The notes under the pieces were generated by a model, which saw nothing but the letters and a program-made list of their open reading frames with translations, did not search any database and had not been told where the DNA came from. From Paraspadella gotoi (taxonomy: Eukaryota > Animalia > Chaetognatha): 64,000 nucleotides of DNA. Both the position numbers and the translations under genes were made by a program. This document shows, in pieces, positions 39,984-60,400 of this stretch; within the stretch, counting starts at the first letter, position 1, and every line of letters begins with the position of its first letter. Location: assembly GCA_051294375.1 (NCBI GenBank), contig CM119263.1, positions 11,120,703-11,184,702 of the forward strand. Reading direction: 5' to 3'.

Positions 39984-40533
39984 TCTCTCTCTATCTCTCT
40001 CTCTCATCTCTCTCCTTCTCTATGACGACGCGAACATAATCGCTTTTCTGCAAGGGATGGAATAAAAAGATTTAAAAAAAAGAATTGAATAAAAAAAAAT
40101 TTAAAAAAAGGAAAAAAAAACCATTATAAAAAAGAATCGAATTTATTGCCGCGAGAATTAAACGACAAGACGTCGACGAAGACAACTAAGGTGACTTTGA
40201 AAAGAAATATTACCTCGTTAATGTAAAATATAATGGAAATAAATCGAAGAAAGTTATAACAAATAAAATTCCGTCGACGCGAAAAACCCAATATTTGTTT
40301 TTTCTTCTTCTTTCTTTCAATCGTTACTTTTTTTTTCCTGATAAAAATCGTAAACCCGACTCTTCTGTTTTCTTTCCGTTTCCATGGCAACAATTGCTTC
40401 TCCCTCCCACCCCTTGCACTTTACTGTTTAGTTTTTTCCTTATCTTCCTTCTTTCTTATCCTCTCCCTCTCATTCTTCTTTTCTACTTCGTTTTAAGAAA
40501 AGAAATCAGATATTATCTTTATCTCGCTGCAGC

Positions 40534-40601
<68 letters not shown>

Positions 40602-40854
40602 TTCTCTCTCTCTCTCTCTCTATCATCTACCTCCCCAACCCCCATCCCTCACCCACCCCTCACCCCATTACTCATCCAAGGGCGCGCCCCCTTTCCCCGA
40701 CGGAATACGAATGTTTACTTTTATTACCTCCGAGTTTCTCGCGCCTTCTTATTATCGTTCCGCCGTCCTTTTTTTTTCTTGTTTCTTATCATCGCTGCCG
40801 TTATCACCTCCGTCATCGTCGTCGTCATATCGTCATCGTTATCATCATTCATTT

Positions 40855-40916
<62 letters not shown>

Positions 40917-41259
40917 TGTCTTTGTAACCGTCTTTGTCGCCTTTACGTGGTTGTAATTGTCATCTTCATCGCAGACACCACATGGTCAGCGTTTCTGTCA
41001 TCGTGACTGTCTTCGTCGCTTTTACTTCGTCGTTATTGTCACCCTCACAGTAGTCAACATATCGTCATCGTGACCCTCATCATCACTGTGAAAATTGTGA
41101 TTTTTTTTGGTACATCTCTATCGCCATCATGATCCTCTTTGTGATCACCATTTCTTCTTTTTTAAGTCTTCCTCAGAATAATTTTTATCATTGTATTTTA
41201 TCTTAGCGTTTGTTACTCGGCTTCACGCTGTCTGACGGTCTTCACATCAACATCATCGT

Positions 41260-41306
<47 letters not shown>

Positions 41307-43399
41307 GCATCATCATTTCCGTCCTCTCTCCATCAACCCCCCGCCTTTTGTTTTTCTCGCCCACAGACGCGGCGTCGCGCGGCGTCTACTCCCTCGACGA
41401 CGCCGCCATCGCGTCCGGCGTCGCGTCCGGCGCTTCCTCTTCGGCGTCCATCTCGTGGGCGACGGGTTTCACGAAGATGGCCAACGCCATTTTGTTGAGG
41501 GACGCCGACAACGACGGATACGTGGCCGGTGGGTTTGAGAGAGAGAGAGAGAGTAGGCCGGGTAGAAGGGATGTTGGAGGTTATGATAAATTATCATGAT
41601 GATTATGATGGGGGTAATGATAATGATATGATGCTTGTTGAGGATGTTGATGATAATGATGAGGATGATTATGATGATGAAAGGAATTAAAATAAGTCGA
41701 TGATGATAGTCTCTGTGAGAATGACGATAACCATAATAACAATGATGACGATGATTTGAAAAACAAAAATATTACGACGACGCCGACGACGACGACGGCA
41801 ATATATTCAATTTTGGGGCGCGACGACGATAAAAAATTGACAATGACGACGACGACGCTTCCAACGACGCGAGGGAGAAGTCTTATGTAAATGACGATGA
41901 TGATGATGATGATGATGATAATGCTGATGATGCGACGGTGTCAACAACGACGACGATGATATCCGAGGATGGAGATCCCAGTCTCTCGCCCGGGGAATCC
42001 CTCGATCCTTAAGATTGATCCAAAGGGTAAACATTGGCATCGACTTGTGTGTTTTTTTTTTTTCACAAAGTCGTTATGATCGGGATCTGCTTTCTGGTAG
42101 AGATACAGTTGGTCGCCTTTTTGTCTCTCCGTCGTCGTCGTCGTCGTCGTCGTCGTCCGAATACTGCGGGATCGATTCTTGTTAAAAATACAGTAAATTC
42201 TCGAAACGACTCCGTAATGACAGGGCCTCTGCTTTATTTAGAGGAAACGATTTAATACATTTTCTTTTTTATGTCGTAGATTTTCGGCGCGAAAAACCAA
42301 TTCCGGTTCTGAGATTATGTCGAAAAAAAAAAGAAAATGGCGCTTTCAACCCCGCCTTTCTTTTTAACCTTATTTTCTTAGATTTTACGCTTTCTTTTTC
42401 TTTCCTTTTGTCCGTTTTATCTCCTTCCTCCCTCACATTTTTCTACCTTCCTTTTCATATTTCTTTTCTCTTTTCCTTTATCTCCTCCATTTTATTCTCT
42501 CTCTTCATTCCCGTTTTCTCGGACCTGACCCTCCAAGCTTTGCCATTTTCTTCTCCATTTTATTCTCTTTCTTCATTCCCGTTTTCTCGGACTTGACCCT
42601 CCAAGCTTTGCCATTTTCTTCTCCATTTTATTCTCTCTCTTCATTTCCATTTTCTAGGACCTAACCTTCCTAGCTTTGCCATTTTCTTCTCCATTTTATT
42701 CTCTCTCTTCTTCCTCTTTCCTCCACCCTTTTCTTTTCAGTTCTTCCCCATTTTCTCTCTCTTCCTCCTTTACCTTTTCCCCGTCTTCTTTACGATCCAT
42801 TTCCGCTTTTTCAATCTTCCTCCGTCGATGAGATTGAAAAAACCTGAATCAGAATGACTCGACGACTTTTCTCGATCGAGCTCTGGAATCGGGAGTGACG
42901 CCGCTGATTGCCATTAATTTGGGGATTTAGGAGTGTTGAAATTCGTCTGTGTTCAAAGTGCCGTATTTTGTGAGTTTGGTTGGAATGGGTTGATTGAAAT
43001 TAAAGAGTGCCGTTACTCATTTGCTAAAGCTAAATTTCCGACTAAAGTAAACTTATTTTTTTCTCTTTCAGTCGATAAAATCGTTGATGTCGTTCGATCC
43101 TACAACGAAATTTATCAACTGGGAATCACAGATAAAATATTAGAAGAATCGCTCAAGGTAATCGAATCGTGTTTCTAATGAGTCATCGATCAAATAACAA
43201 AAAAAAAACCCGGTTTTTATCAATAAGTCCGGCAATCAATCATACCTTTGAATCAATCTCCCCAGACAATCAATCTCACGCCGTCACGACTCACCGTTTC
43301 TTTTAACAGAGTTGTTCCAACGGAATTCACGCCGACGTAGAGACTCTGTTGCGAATCCTCACGGCCAATACAACGCCTGCCGACTTCAACAACGCCTGA
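38586..43399 (+). CDS. 3' exons of an uncharacterised gene with a C-terminal degenerate EF-hand pair (C1orf87-like C-terminal domain)
   Basis: Phase-consistent exons 38586-38848, 41367-41528, 43072-43157 and 43310-43399 (TGA) splice to ...WATGFTKMANAILLRDADNDGYVAVDKIVDVVRSYNEIYQLGITDKILEESLKSCSNGIHADVETLLRILT... There is a DxDxDG loop. The W..F.K..NA..L.D..N.G and YN.IY.L pattern matches my recollection of the C1orf87 C-terminus (not verified by search). Confidence 0.7.
39499..39682. repeat. (TTTCC)n pentanucleotide repeat
   Basis: Imperfect TTTCC array read directly. Confidence 0.9.
40855..41317. repeat. (ATC)n microsatellites and ATC/GTC-rich low-complexity DNA
   Basis: Near-pure runs at about 40855-40917 and 41261-41317. 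Confidence 0.92.
42485..42710. repeat. 68-bp minisatellite, about 3.3 copies (intronic)
   Basis: CTCCATTTTATTCTC recurs at 42485, 42553, 42621 and 42689. Confidence 0.92.
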
Positions 43400-43719
43400 T
43401 ACTCAAAATAGAAACCAACAAAACAAATACAAACAAACGAAATTTTTTAAAAAAATGGCGACGTCAGTCGACAAATTGTTTAAAATATTTTTTTTTATCG
43501 ATCGCAAGAGCCTTTTTTTTTTGTTGCTACCACACGAAAATACAGTTTTAATGGAGCGGGTATTGAAATTTCCCGAGCGGGGGAGAAAGGGAGAAGGGGA
43601 TTTAATTCCTGCCGATTCGTTGTTTATTGTTTACAAGGGTCCTTTACTTCCAATCAACCCGACGGACCCACTGTCGCCTCCGGAAGGACGTTCGTCATCC
43701 GCGCCTCGGCCAATTTATA

Positions 43720-43823
<104 letters not shown>

Positions 43824-45430
43824 CCTCCCTCGGAAATGACATGAATTAAAAATATCCTTGGACGACGCTAAACCGCCTTGAGGCTTTGATTATATCTTAT
43901 GTTTTCGTTGTTGTTGCTGCCGGTGTTGTTCTTCTTTTGAATTTTTTTTTAATCCATCGCTTCAACAGATTCAGCTTTTTTTTTTTTCAAACCGTTTTTC
44001 CTCGCTTTTGTTTCTAATGTCACAGCGCAGGTTCGGCTTAATCTTTCTCCGCGGTTTATTTCGCTCGGAGGGAAAAAAAATATCCAATTTTTAAAATTTT
44101 TGTTGTTAAAAAGATTTGAACCTAAAGATCGTGATATATGCGTTGTGCGATGATGTACATCGAAAAAAAAAAAACCCCGCTGAAAATAGCTTCCGTTGTG
44201 TATTATGACTATTGCAAAAGATTTGCTCTTTTTTTTTTCTTTATCTCTTCAACGCGTGATTGAAAAAAAAAAATAAAAAAAAATAAAACAAAAATTTTTG
44301 ACGTCAGTGTATTTCTTGTTTAATACCTTCAAAATAGAAACGCCCTATCGTTCCTAACTAATTTTTACAAAAGTCTGCCAGCAAAGAGATTAAGTAAATG
44401 TAGACTAGAAAGAGACACCCGAATAATATAGTTAGACTTGAAGTGACCGAGAGGAGAGGTTTCTCCATCGTCCTCTTACAATGTAGAATACAATTGTAGA
44501 TAGTCTCCACTGTTGCCTTTTCTTTCCGAACTTCTGAAGCGGCGGAAGGCTCGCTACCAATGGTTTAACCAGCACCAGCACCGTTGGTTGAAGACTAAAA
44601 CATTCTCTCAATCTTTTATAATTTATTCAATTATTTATTTAATTTTATATGTAGTTAAATAGTTAAATAATATTAAAGCAAAATCATCGTTTTTTTGGAG
44701 ATTCACGTTCGCATCTGCGACGTGAACATTATAGACATATTAACGGAGGACCGCGCTACAGCTATTTTCTTGAGATAAACGCATCAACGTTTCAAAGAAG
44801 AATTCATACATAATCTTCTTTTCTTTAAATAAAAAGAAATGAAAAGAATAGAAATAAATGTAAGAAGAAAGGAAGGAGAGTAGAGAAGGAGATTTGTGGC
44901 CGTCAAATCCTCTTTTATCCGTTTTTGAAATTTCACTCTTTTCTCAAAATCCTTTTTTTTTCATTTTTCTAAGATTTTTTTTGTCTTTCGCTGCCAAAAT
45001 TTTGGATGTGATGCAAATCCCGAACGAAATTTTCGACGTCGGCGGCGAGGGCGTTGACGGACGAAGACGACCACAAGGATTAGGACGAAGACGAGGAAGA
45101 TGCCGAAGACGGGCGGCGAAGAAAACGAGGAAATGGATCACGAACGAGAAAGACCAAAAATATCGAGACAAAGACTGAGACAATCACGACGACGAATATG
45201 ACGATGCGAAATGTTAAAATGGAAGCAAAGAGAAGACGAGGGAGAAAAAAGAACCAAGTTCTCGTTTTCGAAGAGCTCAACAACCATAGCAACGGCCAAA
45301 AAAAAAAAAACAAACGCAGAATGCACTTTTTAAAACCGCGGATCAGAGGCGCCATTTGTGGTATAATTTATCAATTACGAGTCATGCTCGGCGGCGCCCG
45401 GCAGCCGGATTGCCGACGGACTTACCGACA

Positions 45431-45466
<36 letters not shown>

Positions 45467-46217
45467 CACAATGACAAAAAAAAGAGGACGACGAAGACGA
45501 CGACGGCGACCACGAAGATATCCTTCAAAAATCGCGACGGGAAAAATTTTATTCGAATTTTCTCTTCGTCCATTTTTCTTTTCTTCCAACTCAGTTGAGC
45601 CAGACTCATTTCTCAAAACTGAAATTTTTCTGAAATTTCTAATTAGAAAAATATTCGTATTCATTTCGGTTGACGAAAAACTTCGCTCGTTATCATCGAA
45701 TGATTGGCGCCGCGTGGTTGTTCCTGACGATTCACTCTACTGGAATTTTTTTTTTAGCACTGCTGGTTTAAACACTTTTCACTAGTTTCAAAGCCCAGCT
45801 TGTCGAATCACCTTCCACTCTTGCACTTCCCTGATCCGAAGATATTCCTGATTTATCTGTTAAGTTCTAAGTACTTAAAAAAGCTGTCATTGTCGTATTT
45901 CATAATAATTATCAATATGAATAGTATCATTTATAGATCAGCCGATTACACGATCCTTTTTTTACATTTCAGACTTTTTATTCAAACTGGCAAAATAACA
46001 TCTCACTTTCCTTCGGAGTTCATATTAATTTTCACATTCACGTTCTACTAATTTCACCATATGCTTAGTCTAGATATCGTGGCGCCACTTCCGCTTTTCA
46101 CTCGATTTTAACAGGAATCATTTTTATTCTAAACCTCGCGATAACAGTTACTCGCCGTTTTTGACTTTCATATTTGGCAATAAACTCATACCATTCAGCG
46201 AATCTCACTTTATTCCA

Positions 46218-54181
<7,964 letters not shown>

Positions 54182-54301
54182 TCTAATTTTGACTAGAAAG
54201 TCCAACACTATTGCGAAATGTTGAAGAGGAAAAACGTGAAAATCTTTGATATGTTTTTTTACTCAAATCGAACTTAACGGTTTTGTTTTATTATTTATGT
54301 A

Positions 54302-54307
54302 AATAAA
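54302..54307 (+). promoter_or_regulatory. Candidate polyadenylation signal of the M13 gene
   Basis: AATAAA about 120 nt after the stop at 54181, followed by T-rich sequence. The AT-rich context makes a chance match possible. Confidence 0.35.
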
Positions 54308-54563
54308 ATAAATTTTGTATGTTTATTTAAATGTAATCGATATTTGTGCTTCAACCTTGTTACTACATGGGATCGAAACGTTGACCTTATTTCCAATATT
54401 GAATATTTGCTAAATCCCTCAATAACCTAAGTGCTGCCAACGAAGGAAAAGAATAAATCTTAAGACAGGAATTTCAAAGAAAAGGACTTTGAATAAATCT
54501 AGTTTCCTTGAACCACAGAAATGGAATTCATGGCCTAAGGCATTGATTCCGGAGACATTTACG

Positions 54564-54696
<133 letters not shown>

Positions 54697-56274
54697 TGCA
54701 CGTTTTTGCACGGTGGCAGAAAGGAAACCGTTGAGGAAGGAGGAGCGCCCTGGCGTTCACGCAACGGGAAAAGGAAGAGCGCAGGAGGAGGAAGAGGACC
54801 CGGGAGGCGGAGTAATGATGTAGAGCGACGAGAGAAAGGGAAATGGGCAAAACCTCAATTAAGGAACACGAACAGAGCGAGAGAGAGAGAGAGAAAGAGA
54901 AAGAAAAAGAGAGAGAGAGAGAGATTGGAAACAAAAAGCAAAACGCAACGTCCGCCCTACTTTTCTATTCCATCGAATTTCGTCTTGAAAATGGAGGCCG
55001 GTTTTTTTTTTCTCTTTTTCTTCTATGGAATCGACAGCTTCGCTCTCTCGCGGCCAACGTTGCGTAATCGAGGACACCATGAGGGCGACGGTCCGGTTAC
55101 ATCGTCGACTTCAGTGATCCATGCGTCATCTTTGTGACCGGATGTCATCCGAGAATTCCGGCCTCGTTTCTTTTTTCGCAAAATGTCTAAGATTTGAAAA
55201 AACGTCGAAATAGATCTGAAATCAACTTGGTTTATGTAGATGATAAATTGAAGACCAACCACTGAGTAAGATAGATTATTAAAGTTAAAGCATATTATTT
55301 ACATGCATACTGCATGTATGCACAATGCATAGTGCATATTTCGATATTAACGTAGAATATTGCGCTCCAGGAATATTAGAAGAAAAGCGAAACTTGGAAT
55401 TACTCGAAATCACCTCGATACGTTTTGAGACATAACTTACGACCTAGTAAATATTCAATTCACCAATTTAAAAATTAGTACCTCTGACGGAGTCGAGCGA
55501 TGCGACCTGCAATCTTGACCGCCATCTTCCGACAAAAACCCATTTCGAGCTTCTTTTGATTAATGACTCGCCGCGTTAAGCGTCATCAGATCTTTTTCGC
55601 GATAACAATTACTTTCGTCGGCCTCTCGTAAATCTCGACTGGATACAGCGGGATCGATTAGTATCCAAGAATTTTTGATAAATTTTTTTGCGAAAGTTCT
55701 CTTTGTGAATTTTCTTATTATTTAAAAAAAAAATATATATATATAAACGCAAAAATACTTAACCAATTTGACTGTGTCGGTGTCTTATCTTTTTTTCTCC
55801 CCTTTTGAACCTCTCAGCTTAATTCCTGATCGTTGGATGCCGGACAACTCGCGGTCTTCCCGTCCCCGAGGGGGGTAAAACCCCCTCTTTCACCCCTTCC
55901 TCTCCCCCATCCCCCCCTTCTTTTCGACGTACTCCTCCTCTTCCCCCTCCGGGTCACCCTCCTCTCGAAATGCGGAGAGGCGGCCGTCGCTCTTCAACTC
56001 CGGATTTTTTTTTCATTTTGACTTTAACTTTCGCAAGAATCGAATCCAAACGACTTTTTACCCAATTCTTTTCCGCTTCTCGTTTTTAAATTTTTTTCCT
56101 TTTTTTTTCCACCACCGAACTTTACTCCCCTTCCTTCCCGCATCCCGTCTTTCCAATTCTCATCATTTTTAACTTTCTCTTTCCGATTTACCCACATTCA
56201 AACTCGCTCCTCTGCCCTTTCAAACGCACCCCCCCATCCATTACCCCCCACTCCCTCGGCCCCGAAGTCCCGCC

Positions 56275-56611
56275 ATGCCGAATCCGACGCCGCCACCGGC
56301 GTCAAGACTCGAGAAAAGCCTTTCGCAACCACAACAACAACAACAATCGCAAGAACCAAAACGATCTCAACGAAAACTAACGGAGAAACCGAAAGAGAAA
56401 AACCGCTTCGCCGTCGCGTCGGGATTGACGACAGCGTCGACAGCATCAGCAGAGGCGGCGCCGGCGACGCTGTACGCCAAAAAGACGACGTCGACGAAAT
56501 CGCTTCCGGCGTCATCGTCATCGTCGTCGTCGTCTCGAACGAGAGGTCTCCTTCCTTCGGCCTCGGACAAGACGCTGGCTCCGTTCGCTTCGCTCGCCAC
56601 GCCCACTAACG
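56275..56611 (+). CDS. Candidate alternative first coding exon of NIM1K (Ser/Thr/Gln/Lys-rich, disordered)
   Basis: ATG at 56275 opens a GC-rich frame MPNPTPPPASRLEKSLSQPQQQQQ...ATPTN. A possible donor G|GTTCGA at 56611/56612 is phase 1, compatible with the phase-1 acceptor at 57724. No homology evidence. Confidence 0.4.
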
Positions 56612-57463
56612 GTTCGACGCAGATTCGACGTTGGCCTCGTCGTCGTCGTCGTGGTCGATCTCACCTGCGCCGCCGGTTCCACTCCATCCCTCCCACGCAA
56701 TCGCCCCCCCATAAAAAAATAAATGCTCAACGCGAGGCTTTCGTCGCGCACCCCCGCCCACGCTTTCCTTCTCGCTCTCTCTCGCTCTCTTTCTAGCTCT
56801 CTCTTTCTCACATTATCTTTCGGATTCCATCGGATTCTCGTTTCTTCCCTCGATTGGTCTTTTTTCTTTTGACATTGGCGTCTCTTGACTAAATTCACCC
56901 AAAAAATTTTCCTGGAAACGTACGTTTCCTCTCTTACGCGGTCGCCACCGCGGAAACTCCCGCCTCTTACGCTCACCCTCCCGTCCGCGATTTTTAACGA
57001 GTCGCTCTCTTATTCCATTTTCATTCGTCGCCTTTTCATTCTTCGTCGTATTTTCGTCGTTTATAATCGCGTCTGTTCGTCATTCGTCTCATACATCTTC
57101 ATATCTCATTTTAATTCGTTGTTTCGTTGTTACTCGGGTTTTGTTTAAGATACATCGAGTAGACAATCAGCGCCTCCGCGTTTCGTTATTTTAAGGCGAC
57201 ACCTTTGGCTAATTTTCGTCAAAGCGCCTCCCTCAAGGCGCAGGGCCGTCAACTCTCATTTCTTCCTTTTGTTCCATCTATCCAAATTTTTATCACATCA
57301 CTTCATATCTCTCTTTCTTCCATCGTCACTTGACTTTCTGTTTCACTTTTTATTTCAATTGTCACTTTTGTCATTTTGTGCTTCATCAAAAGTCTCGTCG
57401 TCACCCCATCAATTCACTCCGATCTATCGAAGATCCTGTTGTCACTCCCGACACTCCGTCATC

Positions 57464-60400
57464 ATGTCAGCGTCGCAGCGCCCGCGGCAGAGCAAATCTG
57501 CGCCGCGGGTTCAACTAAAAAGCACGGGTGCGCTATATGGTCTGAGTTTAGCTTTTAGATTAAAAAAAATATATATATTGTAATAAACTCATCACACATC
57601 ACATAAATTTCGTGGTTTTGTTTAAGAAAAGCATTGTGTCCCAGTTGTCACACTGTCTAATGAAACAACGAAAAATATAAAAGAAAAAAAATCAACATTA
57701 ACTTGTATCAACGTTATTTTTCAGGTCTGAGCAATCAAGTTTCTCTCAAAAGCGCCGCACCGGAAGTAGCCACTCCCTCCGGAAAAAGCAAACTCGTCAA
57801 AGGTCTTTCACCGAACTTTCCCATCGTATTTTATATCGTATTTCAAAATTTATGTAAATCTGTATATTGCGTGTATACTGTATAATATAAAGTGTNNNNN
57901 NNNNNAAATCTGTATATTGTGTGTATACTGTATAATATACAGTGTATATATATCTTCATTTTCAGCTCGAGACAAAGACAAGAAGAAAACAAAGGGGAGC
58001 AAGTCGGAACCGTCTCTTCGTCGGGAAAAAGTCAGTCAAGGATTACCGCCTCCAAGAAAACTCACCACCTTCGAGCAGCTGTGCAAGGACCTTACCTCCA
58101 ACCAGACAGCTCAGAAGCAGGTGAGTCGGGACTTTCTTCCTGATGGTTGAATTCGTTGTACTTCGGCCAAATACGTCTTTCCCTTTTCCTTTTCCAATTC
58201 AGGTGACACTAGGCAAACGCATCGGTTTCTACAGACTTCGTGAGGAACTTGGATCCGGGAATTTTTCTCAAGTGAAGATGGGTCTGCATAGTCTCACCCG
58301 CGACAAGGTAAACGTCCCTGAAAACTGAAAAGTCGACGTTGATTCGTAAATAGTTAAAAGTGAGATCTCGTCAATCTAAAACCTAAGACGAAAAACTCAA
58401 CGGTTAAAGGCGGTGTTCTCGCTGACGATCGCTTCCTACATCCTTTCCAACCCAAAAAAATTCCCAAATCCCCAAATCCTAACGCCGCAATCAGGTGGCC
58501 ATCAAAATCATCGACAAGACGAAATTAGATCAACGAACTCAACGACTTTTGTCGCGCGAAATTTCGTCCATGGAAAGACTCCATCATCCCAATATCATTC
58601 GCCTTTTTGAGGTGAGGCGAATAAACTTACCTGGCCGCAATGACCATTGCGATTCACCATTATTAATTAATAATTATTAATAATTATAATTATTAATGGC
58701 ATTAACCGTTAACAGGTCGTAGAGACGATGGGCAAACTTCACATCGTCATGGAATACGCGGACGGGGGAGAACTCTACACTAAAGTCACTCAATCTGGAA
58801 GACTCAACGAGAGGGACGTCAAACCGCTCTTTGCCCAAGTGGGTCTTCATTCTTTTTTCGATAGATTAATATGATTTTTTTTTATTAATTGCCTAATTGT
58901 CTTATACTCGCTTATACCTAACCAGGTTGTCGCGGCCGCCCACCACATGCACGAGCGCCACATCGTGCACCGCGACATTAAAGCGGAGAACGTCTTCCTA
59001 TCCTTCCCCGCGGGCGGCAGCGGAGGCGGCGGCAGTCTGTCCCGCGCAGCTGTCAAGGTCGGCGACTTTGGCTTCTCTACACTTGCGCCGCAGCAGCAAA
59101 GGCTCAATACCTTCTGTGGATCGCCGCCGTACGCAGCACCGGAGCTGTTTAAGGTTGGTTTGAGTTTGATGCATAGGTTTGGGGGTTTTTGGATAATCTA
59201 CGATCAGTGTCCGTTAAATCTTAAATTAATTTTTTCTCTTTCGGCGACAAACTATTTTAATATTAACTTCTCTGTATGGTTTCGTCGGACATATTCCGGT
59301 TTTCAAATTTCTAGAGCATTTTTTTGGGGGAAATACTTTTGAAATAAAAAACAACTCACTTTCTTGGTTATGCCGGGTTGTCTTTAATTTTAAAACAGAG
59401 AAAGTTTTACCCTTTAAGGCAGGTAATGTAAAAATGAGTAAGATTAGTCGCCAAAGTTACTCTTTGCTTGCGATAGCTTCGGTCGGCTCAGTTTATTTAG
59501 GGAGAAAATAATTTTAAATAATTTAAACAAAGTCAGGAATATGAATTTGCTTCTAATGGCTTTGATACCCAGCATATATTTTTTAAGAGGATCATTTTAC
59601 AGTCCTGTGCAAAAATATAGGACACCCTCAAACATTGTGCAAATAAATCTTGTCAGATTCCTATATAATAAAAAAATAATATAGGTTAATAATCTTTATA
59701 ACAAGTTTGAGCAAATTAATTAACTGATTAATTATTTGATTTATTAATACATCCTGCATATACATTTAATATAAAAGGAAAAAGAAGCATAATCAATTAG
59801 TGAAACAGGTTTTTTGTTTTTTCCATTTAAACTCATTTCCACTCAAACTATTTCCTGTTCAATCACACACTTTCCTACCCACATACAAAATTCCAGGTCA
59901 ATCAGCCCATCCACTCATGAGCAATTGGTGTTCAAATAGTGAATATATTTTTTTTGTTTTTTCCATTTAAACTCTTTTCCACTTGGACGATTACATCGAA
60001 ACTTATATCCACTCAATCACACACTTACCTATCCACACACAAAATTTTATTCAAATCCATCCATCTAATCACGAGTAATTGGTGTTTTTTTGCTAAGGTG
60101 GGACGGACGGACGAACGGACAGACGGACGACGGACATCATTTTTTTTGCATAATTTATCATTGTATTAATCCTTTCTTTTGTTGTTTGTTGAGATTAATT
60201 AGAAACGAAAATTTTTGTGGAACAACAATAAAGTTTATTTTTGTTCCACGAAAATTTTCGTTTCTAATTAAGCATAATTTATCATAATTTGATGTTCTGA
60301 CATGATATAAGTTAGTGCCCGACAATATTGAGGGGGCGGACCGACGGACCGACAAAGTGAATTATAGAGTCGGGATCTGCTGATGAGCAGAGCCGACTAA

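Noticed and set aside
40295-41006. Poly-His, poly-Ile and poly-Ser ORFs
   Set aside because: Three-frame readings of (ATC)n inside an intron.
55300-55340. Short overlapping TGCA/ATGCAT palindromes
   Set aside because: Too short and low in complexity to support a functional call.
57856-57939. 34-bp direct repeat flanking a 10-N gap
   Set aside because: Typical unmerged contig overlap, not a biological duplication.
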